Below, in pieces: positions 46,379-54,486 of a stretch of DNA of 64,000 nt. Origin of the DNA: an uncultured Acidobacteriota bacterium (GTDB taxonomy: Bacteria > Acidobacteriota > Vicinamibacteria > Vicinamibacterales > UBA8438). Below the pieces are notes generated by a model that saw only the letters and a list, made by a program, of their open reading frames with translations, made no database searches and was not told the DNA's origin. The DNA is taken from positions 64,001-128,000 of the forward strand of contig CAJWLU010000008.1 of the NCBI GenBank assembly GCA_913043225.1. The letters are read 5' to 3'. Positions within the stretch are counted from its first letter, which is position 1; each line of letters opens with the position of its first letter. Both the position numbers and the translations under genes were made by a program.

Positions 46379-46597
46379 CTGTGGCTCCTGAGATCGTGCC
46401 CGGAAGGGACGAATGCTGGATGAACTGTCCACATTATACTCCATGTGAGTGTTTGCTTACCTAAAGAGCGACATCGAATGCCGCCCTATTCACCCGGAAT
46501 GACGATTACGTCGCCCCGCTCAAGCCGAAGCCGTCGACGAAGAAGAAGACGGAGCCAAACGATAGCTGTCTGGAAGGCTCCTGACAGCGACACGACA

Positions 46598-46620
46598 GTC
46601 GGTGTGCGGCCCCGCCCGAC
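46598..46620. repeat. Degenerate REP-like palindrome, copy D
   Basis: Reverse complement GTCGGGCGGGGCCGCACACCGAC shares 12 nt with copy B; lies just after the ABC exporter stop. Confidence 0.35.
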
Positions 46621-46626
46621 GACGAC

Positions 46627-48582
46627 CTAGGCGACGGTGGCCTGGAACTGTGTTGCGTAGAGTTCCGCATAGGGGCCGCCGGCGGCAAGTAAGGCGTCGT
46701 GGGTGCCCTGTTCGACGATCTGGCCCTCCTGCATCATCAGGATCAGATCGGCGTCCCGGATCGTCGACAACCGGTGCGCGATCACGAAGCTCGTGCGGTC
46801 GGAACGGAGCGCGGCCATCGCCTGTTGCAGCAGCAACTCGGTCCGCGTGTCGACCGAGCTGGTGGCCTCATCCAAGATAAGTAGCGTCGGGTCTACTACG
46901 AAGGCCCTGGCAATCGTGATCAGCTGTCGTTCCCCTGCGCTCAGATTACTTCCGTCTTCGGTGACGACGGTGTCGTAGCGTTCCGGGAGGCGACCGACGA
47001 AGCGGTCCACAAACGCCGCCTCCGAGGCACGTCGGACTTCCTCGTCGGTCGCGTCGGGTCGACCGTAGGCGATGTTGTTCCGGATGCTGCCCTCGAAGAG
47101 CCAGGTGTCTTGTAACACCATGCCGACCTGCCCGCGAAGCTGGCCACGTGGCATGCTGGCCACGTCGACGCCGTCGAGCGTAATCCGGCCCGTCTGCAAC
47201 TCGTAGAACCGCATGACCAGGTTGACAAGGGTGGTCTTACCCGCGCCGGTCGGGCCGACAATGGCCACGGTTTGGCCCGGTTCGGCGACGAGCGACAGGT
47301 CCTCGATGAGGGGCTGGTCCGGCACATAGCTGAACGTGACCTCCTCGAAGGCGACCCTTCCTCGTCGGCTGTTAGCGGCCAGCGGTGCAGGATTGCTCGC
47401 TTCTTCCTCCGCGTCGAGGAGCTCGAAGACCCGTTCGGCCGAGGCTACCCCGGACTGCAGCAGGTTCATCATCGACGCCAGCTGACTGAGCGGGTGCGTC
47501 AGCTGACCGGCGTAGCTGATGAGTGCCTGCACCGTACCGAGGCTCATCGTGCCGCCCGCCACACGGAGGCCTCCAACCACCGCTAGCGCCAGATACGTCA
47601 CGCTGCCGATGAAGAACATCGTGGGCATAATTAGCCCGGAGATGAACTGGGCACCGAAGCCGGCCGCGAACAGGTCCTGGTTCTCTCGGTCGAAGGCGGC
47701 GTTTACCTCCTGACGGCGGCCGAACACTGTGATCAGGTCGTGGCCGGTGAAGGCCTCTTCGACGCGGGTGGTGAGCGCCCCGGTGCGGCGCCACTGTTCC
47801 ACGAAGTAGCGCTGCGAGCGTCTCATGATGAACGCCGTCACCGCCAGACTGATCGGGATACCGATGAGCGCGACGGCGGCCAGGCTAACCGACAGCCACA
47901 GCATCATGCCGATGATGCCCAGCACGGTCAGGAGCGACGTTAATGACTGGCTCATTGTCTGGCTCAGACTCTGGGCCACGTTGTCGATGTCGTTGGTCAC
48001 CCGGCTGAGGAGCTCGCCACGTGGCTGTCGATCGAAGTAGGCCAAGGGGAGTCGGTGGATCTTGGCTTCAACTTCGTTGCGGAGCCGGCGTACGCTGGCT
48101 TGCACCACCTCGTTCAGCAGGTAGCCCTGCAGCCAGCTGAGGAGACCGGACGTTACATAGATGCCGAGCGCCAGCAGTAAAACTACGGCGACCGCGGAGA
48201 GGTCGATTCCCTGGCCGGGCACGAGGTGTTCCATCGCGGCCACCATGTCGGCGGTTGCGCTGCCATCGGCCCGGAGTGACGCGATCGCGTCGTCACGAGT
48301 GAGACCGGTCGGGAACTGCCGGCCAAACACGCCTGCGAACACCAGGTCCGTGGCGCGAGCCAGGATGATGGGCGCCGCTGCCGTCAGCGCCATACTTGCC
48401 AGGGCGAGTCCGACGACTGCGGCCAGCTTCGGCCGCTCTGGACCCAACTGCTGCAGCATCCGCCGAGCCGACGGGACGAAGCGGATCGCCTGCTGCGCGA
48501 TCATGGCTGACGGCCCGGGACTGTCGGCCTTTACCCGCTCGGTCTGTTTCAGGCGGCCCGACGATCGCGCGGAGTCGTTCAC
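46627..48582 (-). CDS. ABC exporter half-transporter (TMD+NBD), consensus-site subunit
   Basis: GTGA overlap with partner; GELLSRVTND, GPTGAGKTT, LSAGERQ, LDEATSSVD, IAHRLST. Confidence 0.92.
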   Translation of the reverse strand: MNDSARSSGRLKQTERVKADSPGPSAMIAQQAIRFVPSARRMLQQLGPERPKLAAVVGLALASMALTAAAPIILARATDLVFAGVFGRQFPTGLTRDDAIASLRADGSATADMVAAMEHLVPGQGIDLSAVAVVLLLALGIYVTSGLLSWLQGYLLNEVVQASVRRLRNEVEAKIHRLPLAYFDRQPRGELLSRVTNDIDNVAQSLSQTMSQSLTSLLTVLGIIGMMLWLSVSLAAVALIGIPISLAVTAFIMRRSQRYFVEQWRRTGALTTRVEEAFTGHDLITVFGRRQEVNAAFDRENQDLFAAGFGAQFISGLIMPTMFFIGSVTYLALAVVGGLRVAGGTMSLGTVQALISYAGQLTHPLSQLASMMNLLQSGVASAERVFELLDAEEEASNPAPLAANSRRGRVAFEEVTFSYVPDQPLIEDLSLVAEPGQTVAIVGPTGAGKTTLVNLVMRFYELQTGRITLDGVDVASMPRGQLRGQVGMVLQDTWLFEGSIRNNIAYGRPDATDEEVRRASEAAFVDRFVGRLPERYDTVVTEDGSNLSAGERQLITIARAFVVDPTLLILDEATSSVDTRTELLLQQAMAALRSDRTSFVIAHRLSTIRDADLILMMQEGQIVEQGTHDALLAAGGPYAELYATQFQATVA

Positions 48583-50315
48583 GCCACCCCTCCCTCGGCG
48601 AACTGCGACCGCACGATCTCTTGATAGGTGCTGCAGCCGGTCTGCAATTGCTGGTGGGTGCCGTGTCCGACGATGCGACCGTCGTCCAGAACGACGATCT
48701 GGTCCGCGTCCATGATGGAAGAGACACGTTGCGCTACCACGAGGACAGCCGCGTCGTGCATCTGCGGTTCGAGCGCACGGCGGAGCTGGGCTTCGGTGGC
48801 TAAGTCGAGGGCCGAGAAGGCGTCGTCGAACAGATAGATCTCGGGCCGGCGGACTACTACTCTGGCGATCGCGAGACGCTGTCGTTGGCCCCCTGACACC
48901 GTCGTGCCGCCCTGTGCGATCGGGGTGTCCAGCCCCTGCGGCATCGCTTCTACGAAGTTCCGGGCCTGCGCGGTCTCGAGCGCAGCCCACAGCTCGTCGT
49001 CGGTGGCGTGAGGTTTGCCGTGGCGAAGATTCGAGGCCACGGTACCCGAGAAGAGATAGCTCTGCTGAGGTACGAGGCCGATCCGTTCCCACAGTATTTC
49101 TGGAGAGAGTTGTCGTACGTCGACGCCACTCACTTCCACGTGGCCGCCGGTCACATCGAAGAGGCGCGGGACCAGAGAAAGCAGCGTCGTTTTTCCAGCC
49201 CCCGTCGACCCGATCACGGCGACGGTCTGCCCCGACGCCACCTCAATGTTGATGTCGTCGAGCACCGCCCGGCTGGCGCCCGGATAGCTGAAGTCGACCT
49301 GTGACAACGTCACCGTTCCAGGGCGTGGCAGGTCGGTCACGGGTGTGGCCGGCGGGGCGACCGAGGAGTGGGTGTCAAGCACCTCGGTGATCCGGTCGGC
49401 GGCTACCAAGGCTCGAGGCACCATCATCAGCATGAAGGTCGCCAGCATCACCGCAACCAGGCTCTGAACCAGGTAGGCCATGAAGGCGGTCAGTGAGCCC
49501 AGTTGCATCAGGCCGCCGTCGACCCGTAGCGCGCCGAACCAGAATACCGCCACCACCGAGATGTTCAGCACGAGGATGATCACGGGAAACATGGCCGCCA
49601 TCCAGCGACCCACTTGGAGGGCGACCTCGGTCAGCATACGATTGGCCTGATCGAAGCGGGCGCACTCCTGTGCCTCCCGTACGAAGGCGCGCACCACCCG
49701 GATGCCAGTGATCTGTTCCCTCAGCGTTTTGTTGACCTGGTCGATGCGCGGCTGCATCACGCGGAACGCGGGGATCATCTTCACGAGGATGAATCGGAGC
49801 CCGCCCACCATGGCGGGCACTGTCACCAGCAGCAGCCAGGAGAGAGTCGCGTCTTCCCTTACTGCCATGATGACGCCACCCGTCAGCATAATCGGGGCGC
49901 TGGCCATCATGGTGCAGGCCGTGAGCACGACCATTTGCACCTGGCCGAGATCATTCGTACACCGGGTGATCAGCGTGGGCGCACCGAACTGACCCATCTC
50001 GCGGCGGGAGAAGGTGCCCACATGGGTGAACACGGCCGCGCGTAGGTCGCGCCCAAGGCCCATAGCGGTCCGGGCCCCGAAATAGACCGCAGCCGCCGTG
50101 CCCGTGATCTGGGCCAGCGCTGCGGCCAACATCATTATTCCCGTCTGCGTGATGTAGCCAGTGTCGCCGAGTGTGACGCCCTGGTCGATGATGTCGGCAT
50201 TGAGCGCTGGTAGAAACAGTGCCGCTCCGGTCGACCAGATCTGGAAGATGACCACACCTGTCAAGAGTGGGTAGTACGGCCGAAGATAGGTCCGAAGCAG
50301 TCGGAGAAGTGCCAT
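48579..50315 (-). CDS. ABC exporter half-transporter (TMD+NBD), degenerate-site subunit
   Basis: GSTGAGKTT, VSGGQRQR, YLFDD (Asp for catalytic Glu), VAQR (Gln for switch His). Confidence 0.92.
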   Translation of the reverse strand: MALLRLLRTYLRPYYPLLTGVVIFQIWSTGAALFLPALNADIIDQGVTLGDTGYITQTGIMMLAAALAQITGTAAAVYFGARTAMGLGRDLRAAVFTHVGTFSRREMGQFGAPTLITRCTNDLGQVQMVVLTACTMMASAPIMLTGGVIMAVREDATLSWLLLVTVPAMVGGLRFILVKMIPAFRVMQPRIDQVNKTLREQITGIRVVRAFVREAQECARFDQANRMLTEVALQVGRWMAAMFPVIILVLNISVVAVFWFGALRVDGGLMQLGSLTAFMAYLVQSLVAVMLATFMLMMVPRALVAADRITEVLDTHSSVAPPATPVTDLPRPGTVTLSQVDFSYPGASRAVLDDINIEVASGQTVAVIGSTGAGKTTLLSLVPRLFDVTGGHVEVSGVDVRQLSPEILWERIGLVPQQSYLFSGTVASNLRHGKPHATDDELWAALETAQARNFVEAMPQGLDTPIAQGGTTVSGGQRQRLAIARVVVRRPEIYLFDDAFSALDLATEAQLRRALEPQMHDAAVLVVAQRVSSIMDADQIVVLDDGRIVGHGTHQQLQTGCSTYQEIVRSQFAEGGVA

Positions 50316-50378
50316 GCGGCTAAGGCAGCGGCGCGGGCATCCAGCGCAAATGCCTGTAAGGTCGCCGGTCGGACGAGG

Positions 50379-52142
50379 TCAGCGACCGGCGACCGGCGGG
50401 AGTGCAAACACGAAGAGGTTATTGCCGACGCCTGGGGTTAGCTCCGGGGTCAAACGGAGGAAGCCGGAAGAGCTCGAGGCGCTGCCGGTGCTGACGGCGA
50501 CGTACTGGCGGCCGTCGACGGCGTAAGTTACTGGATAGCCGGTCACCGGGGCTCCGAGGTTGACCTCCCAGAGCACCTCACCGGTTTCGTCGCTGAGCGC
50601 CCGGAACCGCCCGTTGACGTCCCCACCAAAGACCAGTCCACCGCCTGTGGCCATCAGCGACATGGTACCGGCGCGCTGCTCGTAGAGCCACTCAGTTTCG
50701 CCAGTTTCTGCCGAGATGGCGCGGACGGTGCCCACCTGGTCGGTTCCGGGGGCCAGCTGGAACCGGGCCGCCAGACGGTAGATGGCGAGACCGCCCTCCA
50801 TGGTCGAGAGTACTCGGGCGCAGACGTTCCGCAGCGGGTAGTACATCGTGTTGGTCCTGGGGCTGTAGGCGCCCGCTTCCCAGTCCTTGCCGCCGAGCCA
50901 TCCGGGGCAAGAGAGTATCTCCTGGCCGAGGGCGCTAAAGACCACCTCCGGGTTGATGCTGACGGCGCCGGTTGCGCCATCGATATCACTGATCAGGTTC
51001 TGCCCCACAGTCGGCGTGGCCCAGAGAAATTCTCCCGTTTCCCGGTCGAGGGTGTAGACGAGCCCGGTCTTGCCCGGAATGCCGGTGATCACCTTCCGTT
51101 TTTCGCCCGGCTGTATGCGTGGGTTGATCCAGCTGACGGCCTCCGGATTCGGACTGACGGCGGTGTCGACCAGGAGCCGCTCGAACGGATGGTCCATGTC
51201 CCAGTGGTCGTTGACGTGCTGGTAGTACCACCGGATCTCGCCCGTGTTACCGTCGAGCGCGAGTGTGGAGTTGTGGTAGAGGTGCGTTAGTTCGGTGCCC
51301 CCGAGCATAAATTTTGGCGCCGGTGAGGTGACCGAGGTGCCGATGTAGACCAGATCCAGCTCGGGGTCGTAGCTGGGCACCATCCACGAGCCGACGTGCA
51401 CCCGCTCTTCGAACGGTACGTCGCCCCACGTTTCGTCACCCGGTTCTCCCGGTGCTGGTACCAGTCGCCTGCGCCACACTTCTTCGCCGGTCGCTGCATC
51501 GTGAGCGACGATCACGCACGAGTTGGGCCCACCGTTCGGACGGCAGCTCCGACCCGACACTGCCTTCCCGTTCGCGATGATTGGTCCGGAGGTATGCCGG
51601 GCCGGCGTTGTCTCGTAGTCCAGGATCTCCGTTTCCCAGACCACTTCACCGCTCACCGCGTCGAGGGCGTAGATGTAGTCGTCGTTACCGGTGTCGATGA
51701 TCACGTTCCCGTAGATCGCCACATTCCGGTTCACTTCGACGAGACCGCCCAACACCTGCACGACATCGTCCGGCAGCGGCCGGCGGTATTCCCACAACAG
51801 ATCGCCCGTGACGGCGTCAAAGGTTTGGAGGTGGTCGTTCGGATTGGGAAAGTAGAGCCGGCCGCCGTAGACCAGAGGCGTGCCCTCCTGGCTGCCACCG
51901 GCGAGCGTCCGGGTCCAGACGAGCTGAAGTTGGTTGACCGACTCGCGGTTGACCTGGTCGAGCGGACTGTAGCCCCATCCATTGAGGGTCCGACGCCACA
52001 TCAGCCAGTCCTCCGCCGCCGGATTCTGCAGCATTTCGTCGGTGACCGGGATGAAGTCGGCCGACGGCTGCGCCTCGGTTGTTGAGGCGAGCAGCAGGAG
52101 TACGGCGAAGGGAATGGCGAGCAGGGTTCTAGTCAGTGTCAC
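50379..52142 (-). CDS. PQQ-dependent dehydrogenase, alcohol-dehydrogenase-like
   Basis: Signal peptide; VTDEML.NP..DWLMWRR..GYSPLDQ, EGTPLV, YDPELDL, DHWDMDH, GKTG, TYAVDGRQY, FVFALP. Confidence 0.9.
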   Translation of the reverse strand: MTLTRTLLAIPFAVLLLLASTTEAQPSADFIPVTDEMLQNPAAEDWLMWRRTLNGWGYSPLDQVNRESVNQLQLVWTRTLAGGSQEGTPLVYGGRLYFPNPNDHLQTFDAVTGDLLWEYRRPLPDDVVQVLGGLVEVNRNVAIYGNVIIDTGNDDYIYALDAVSGEVVWETEILDYETTPARHTSGPIIANGKAVSGRSCRPNGGPNSCVIVAHDAATGEEVWRRRLVPAPGEPGDETWGDVPFEERVHVGSWMVPSYDPELDLVYIGTSVTSPAPKFMLGGTELTHLYHNSTLALDGNTGEIRWYYQHVNDHWDMDHPFERLLVDTAVSPNPEAVSWINPRIQPGEKRKVITGIPGKTGLVYTLDRETGEFLWATPTVGQNLISDIDGATGAVSINPEVVFSALGQEILSCPGWLGGKDWEAGAYSPRTNTMYYPLRNVCARVLSTMEGGLAIYRLAARFQLAPGTDQVGTVRAISAETGETEWLYEQRAGTMSLMATGGGLVFGGDVNGRFRALSDETGEVLWEVNLGAPVTGYPVTYAVDGRQYVAVSTGSASSSSGFLRLTPELTPGVGNNLFVFALPPVAGR

Positions 52143-52175
52143 GGGAGTTGCCTCTCTGGTCTTCGGGCAGTTCGC

Positions 52176-52355
52176 CTACGGTTCTAGGTGCCCGTTGAAG
52201 ACCATGTCTTCCAGGTCGAACTTCTTCTTTACTTCGTTGTTGGCGACGCGGGTGTCCAGCGCTACTTCCTCATCTTTGAACGTGACTGGCCAGCTCTTCT
52301 GGAGCAGGAAGGGCCACTGGCTCGTACCTTCGTTCAGATCACGGAGCAGCCGCAC
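52176..52355 (-). pseudogene. 3' remnant (59 codons) of a conserved acidobacterial protein
   Basis: VRLLRDLNEGTSQWPFLLQKSWPVTFKDEEVALDTRVANNEVKKKFDLEDMVFNGHLEP*; resembles from memory a C-terminus 'KKFxLxDMVxxGxLEL'; below the ORF-track cutoff. Confidence 0.5.
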
Positions 52356-52384
52356 GCCCTCTGGTGCGATCGGCGGCGACGCAC

Positions 52385-53341
52385 CTATTTCTTCTTCGCG
52401 GCCTCCATCTCATCGAGGCGGGCTCCGTGCAGCATGTGCTCTGCGGCGTAGTTCCCCTCGTGGCACGCGTTCTCGAAGATCGGCAGCGGGTTGGGCCGGA
52501 GCGTCTGCACCGCGGTCCATGGCGCGGTCCAGATGGTGTCGTCCCGCAGCGTGTACTCATACTTGATGTTGTTGCCCACGCGAGTGAATCGTTCCACTAG
52601 ATGCGACTCTGGGCTGCTGCCCACGAGTTGGAGCCACCAGCTGAAGTTCGTCGTTTCGACTACCAGTGTGTCACCTTCCCAGTGTCCTCGGGAGTCCCCG
52701 AATGCTTGCTTGAGGGTCCCGTGCGGACGGCGGGTGATTGGGATGATCCGAGTGGCGTTGATCATCTCAGCTACCATCACGACGTGGTCCTCGGTCTGGA
52801 AGATCTGCACGTTGTTGTTGTAGGGCAGTGGATAGATTGGGAGTCCGGCGTTGCCGAGGCACCGGTCGAAGTAACTCAGGTCTTCCGGGCCCTCAAGCGG
52901 AGCGGCGCCGAATGAGCCGCCGACGCCGTAGCGGGTCATGCCCTGTTCGGTCCGAGGCGGCCGTCGGCCATTGGGGGGATCGACGATCAGTGACGTGCGC
53001 CTGTTCTCCACCACCTGGGTCCCGTAGTCCATCCAGAACCGGTTGTAGGCGCCTATGGAGCCGCCTGCTTCGGTCCGCTGCGCCGGCGCGGTGTCGGCCG
53101 CCACATTTTGATCAATCGCGCCTTGTTCGATCGAACGGGCCTCTTCCTCGGTCAGAAATTCCCGATCGCCGTATTCTTCCGGGCGCTCGAGCGGTGTCAA
53201 CGATCTGAAGTCCCACACGCCGTTGAGGTCCGGTTTCCCCCAGCCGGTTCGGGTGATCTCGCTTGACTGGGCGATGGCGACGGTCGGCGCTAGCAACGCG
53301 GCGGCGAGCGCCGTAACTAGCGTGTTCTGATGGGTGCGCAT
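52385..53341 (-). CDS. Conserved secreted hypothetical protein (ACHEGNY family), copy 3
   Basis: Signal peptide; WGKPDLNGVW, TPLERP, VDPPNGR, DRC, YNNN, ACHEGNY. Confidence 0.85.
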   Translation of the reverse strand: MRTHQNTLVTALAAALLAPTVAIAQSSEITRTGWGKPDLNGVWDFRSLTPLERPEEYGDREFLTEEEARSIEQGAIDQNVAADTAPAQRTEAGGSIGAYNRFWMDYGTQVVENRRTSLIVDPPNGRRPPRTEQGMTRYGVGGSFGAAPLEGPEDLSYFDRCLGNAGLPIYPLPYNNNVQIFQTEDHVVMVAEMINATRIIPITRRPHGTLKQAFGDSRGHWEGDTLVVETTNFSWWLQLVGSSPESHLVERFTRVGNNIKYEYTLRDDTIWTAPWTAVQTLRPNPLPIFENACHEGNYAAEHMLHGARLDEMEAAKKK

Positions 53342-53402
53342 GGCTCTTCTGCCTCTGTAGAGTAGCTCTAGCCCAGCCGAGCGGCGTAAGGCTTCTGCCC
53401 TG

Positions 53403-53427
53403 GTGGGGCGCGGCTTGCAGCCCCGCC
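53403..53427. repeat. REP-like palindrome, copy C
   Basis: GTGGGGCGCGGCTTGCAGCCCCGCC; near-identical to copy A. Confidence 0.6.
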
Positions 53428-53437
53428 AAGGTATCCC

Positions 53438-53474
53438 GAAAGGAAACGACCGGAGACCCGAAGGCCACCGGTCG
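53438..53474 (-). terminator. Probable intrinsic terminator following the TonB-receptor remnant
   Basis: Minus strand CGACCGGTGGCC-TTCG-GGTCTCCGGTCG followed by TTTCCTTT. Confidence 0.6.
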
Positions 53475-53506
53475 CCGATATTACCTGATAGTTCCGTTCA
53501 AGCGAA

Positions 53507-53650
53507 CTAGAAGCAGGTCTGGATCCTGAGCGAGAGCACCTGGGCCGGGTTGGTCGTGATGCGACGGACGGATTCGTCCTTGATGGTCGTGTCGCCGCCG
53601 AAGACCTCGTTTCGATCCAGCATGTTCAGACTGTTGAACAGTCTATGCAA
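53507..53650 (-). pseudogene. 3' remnant of a TonB-dependent receptor gene
   Basis: LFNSLNMLDRNEVFGGDTTIKDESVRRITTNPAQVLSLRIQTCF* resembles the C-terminus of 18868-21777 (IFNKARVTSRNRSWGGGG...PGRVLSFGVQTYF*). Confidence 0.7.
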
Positions 53651-53766
53651 GGCCGGTTTTTGATCTTCCCTCGCCGCCTTCTATTAGCGGCTCCCAGACA
53701 CGCAGATTACGGCGGAGCCAAGGAGGTTCCTGCGCGGCTTGCTGATACACTTTCAAAAGCGAGCCA

Positions 53767-54486
53767 ATGACCGAGGGGCCTGACCACGGCGACGACATAA
53801 CCATCAACGAGCTTGTCGGGGCTAAAGATCCAGTTGCTTCGAGTGCGGACGCTGCCAGTATGGATCCTGTTCCCAGACGGCGGCTGAGCGCCCACGAGCG
53901 CCGCGATCAGATCATCGACGCCGCCATTGCGCTGTTCGGAACGCGCGGCTACAACGGCACCACCACCCGAGCGCTGGCCGATGCCGCCGGGGTTAGTGAG
54001 GCGACCGTCTTCAAGCATTTCCCAACCAAGGACGCGCTCCATTCCGAGGCCTTCAGCAGCCGGGTGATCGATACTCAGGACGAGCTGATCGCCGAGCTTC
54101 GGGCACTGGCCGCCGAGCGAAAGGATGAGGCGCTACTGAAGAGGGTCGTGTCGGCGATTATTCAGGGGCTCGAAATTCACCGAGATATGCAGCGGATGCT
54201 GCTGTTCGCCTGGCTTGAGCAGAGTGTTGAGGAGAACACCCGCTTGTCCGATCGGGTCTTAGAGTTTCCGCTCTTTCCTTTCCTTGAGCAGTGGATCTTA
54301 GCGCGGCAGACTGAGGGGGAGTTCGTGGACGACGCCCTCCCGTTGCTTACGGCGGCCGTTCTCGGGCTGCCGCTGTACTACGGCACGCAGCACAAGCTCT
54401 ACGGGTTGCCAACGAAACAGTCCGACGAAGAGGTTGCAGCCACCTTCGCCGCGTTCCTCTTGCGCGGCCTCCGCCGCTCGCGTTAG
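53767..54486 (+). CDS. TetR/AcrR family transcriptional regulator
   Basis: ERRDQIIDAAIALFGTRGYNGTTTRALADAAGVSEATVFKHFPTKDAL HTH; start uncertain. Confidence 0.9.
   Translation: MTEGPDHGDDITINELVGAKDPVASSADAASMDPVPRRRLSAHERRDQIIDAAIALFGTRGYNGTTTRALADAAGVSEATVFKHFPTKDALHSEAFSSRVIDTQDELIAELRALAAERKDEALLKRVVSAIIQGLEIHRDMQRMLLFAWLEQSVEENTRLSDRVLEFPLFPFLEQWILARQTEGEFVDDALPLLTAAVLGLPLYYGTQHKLYGLPTKQSDEEVAATFAAFLLRGLRRSR

Noticed and set aside
46379..46626. Possible small ORF or gene relic and hairpin (GCTGTC..GACAGC) in this spacer
   Set aside because: No frame gives a convincing start or recognisable homology
48583..49092. 170-aa N-terminal extension of the ABC subunit in the ORF track
   Set aside because: Overlaps the partner gene out of frame and is Arg-rich nonsense; the GTG at 48582 with GGAGG RBS and GTGA coupling is better
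50379..52142. Lanthanide-dependent dehydrogenase based on the WDMD (D-x-D) motif
   Set aside because: D-x-D at this position also occurs in glucose-dehydrogenase-type quinoproteins (WDWD in 5081-7150), and the vicinal Cys-Cys of XoxF/ExaF/PedH is absent, so it is not diagnostic
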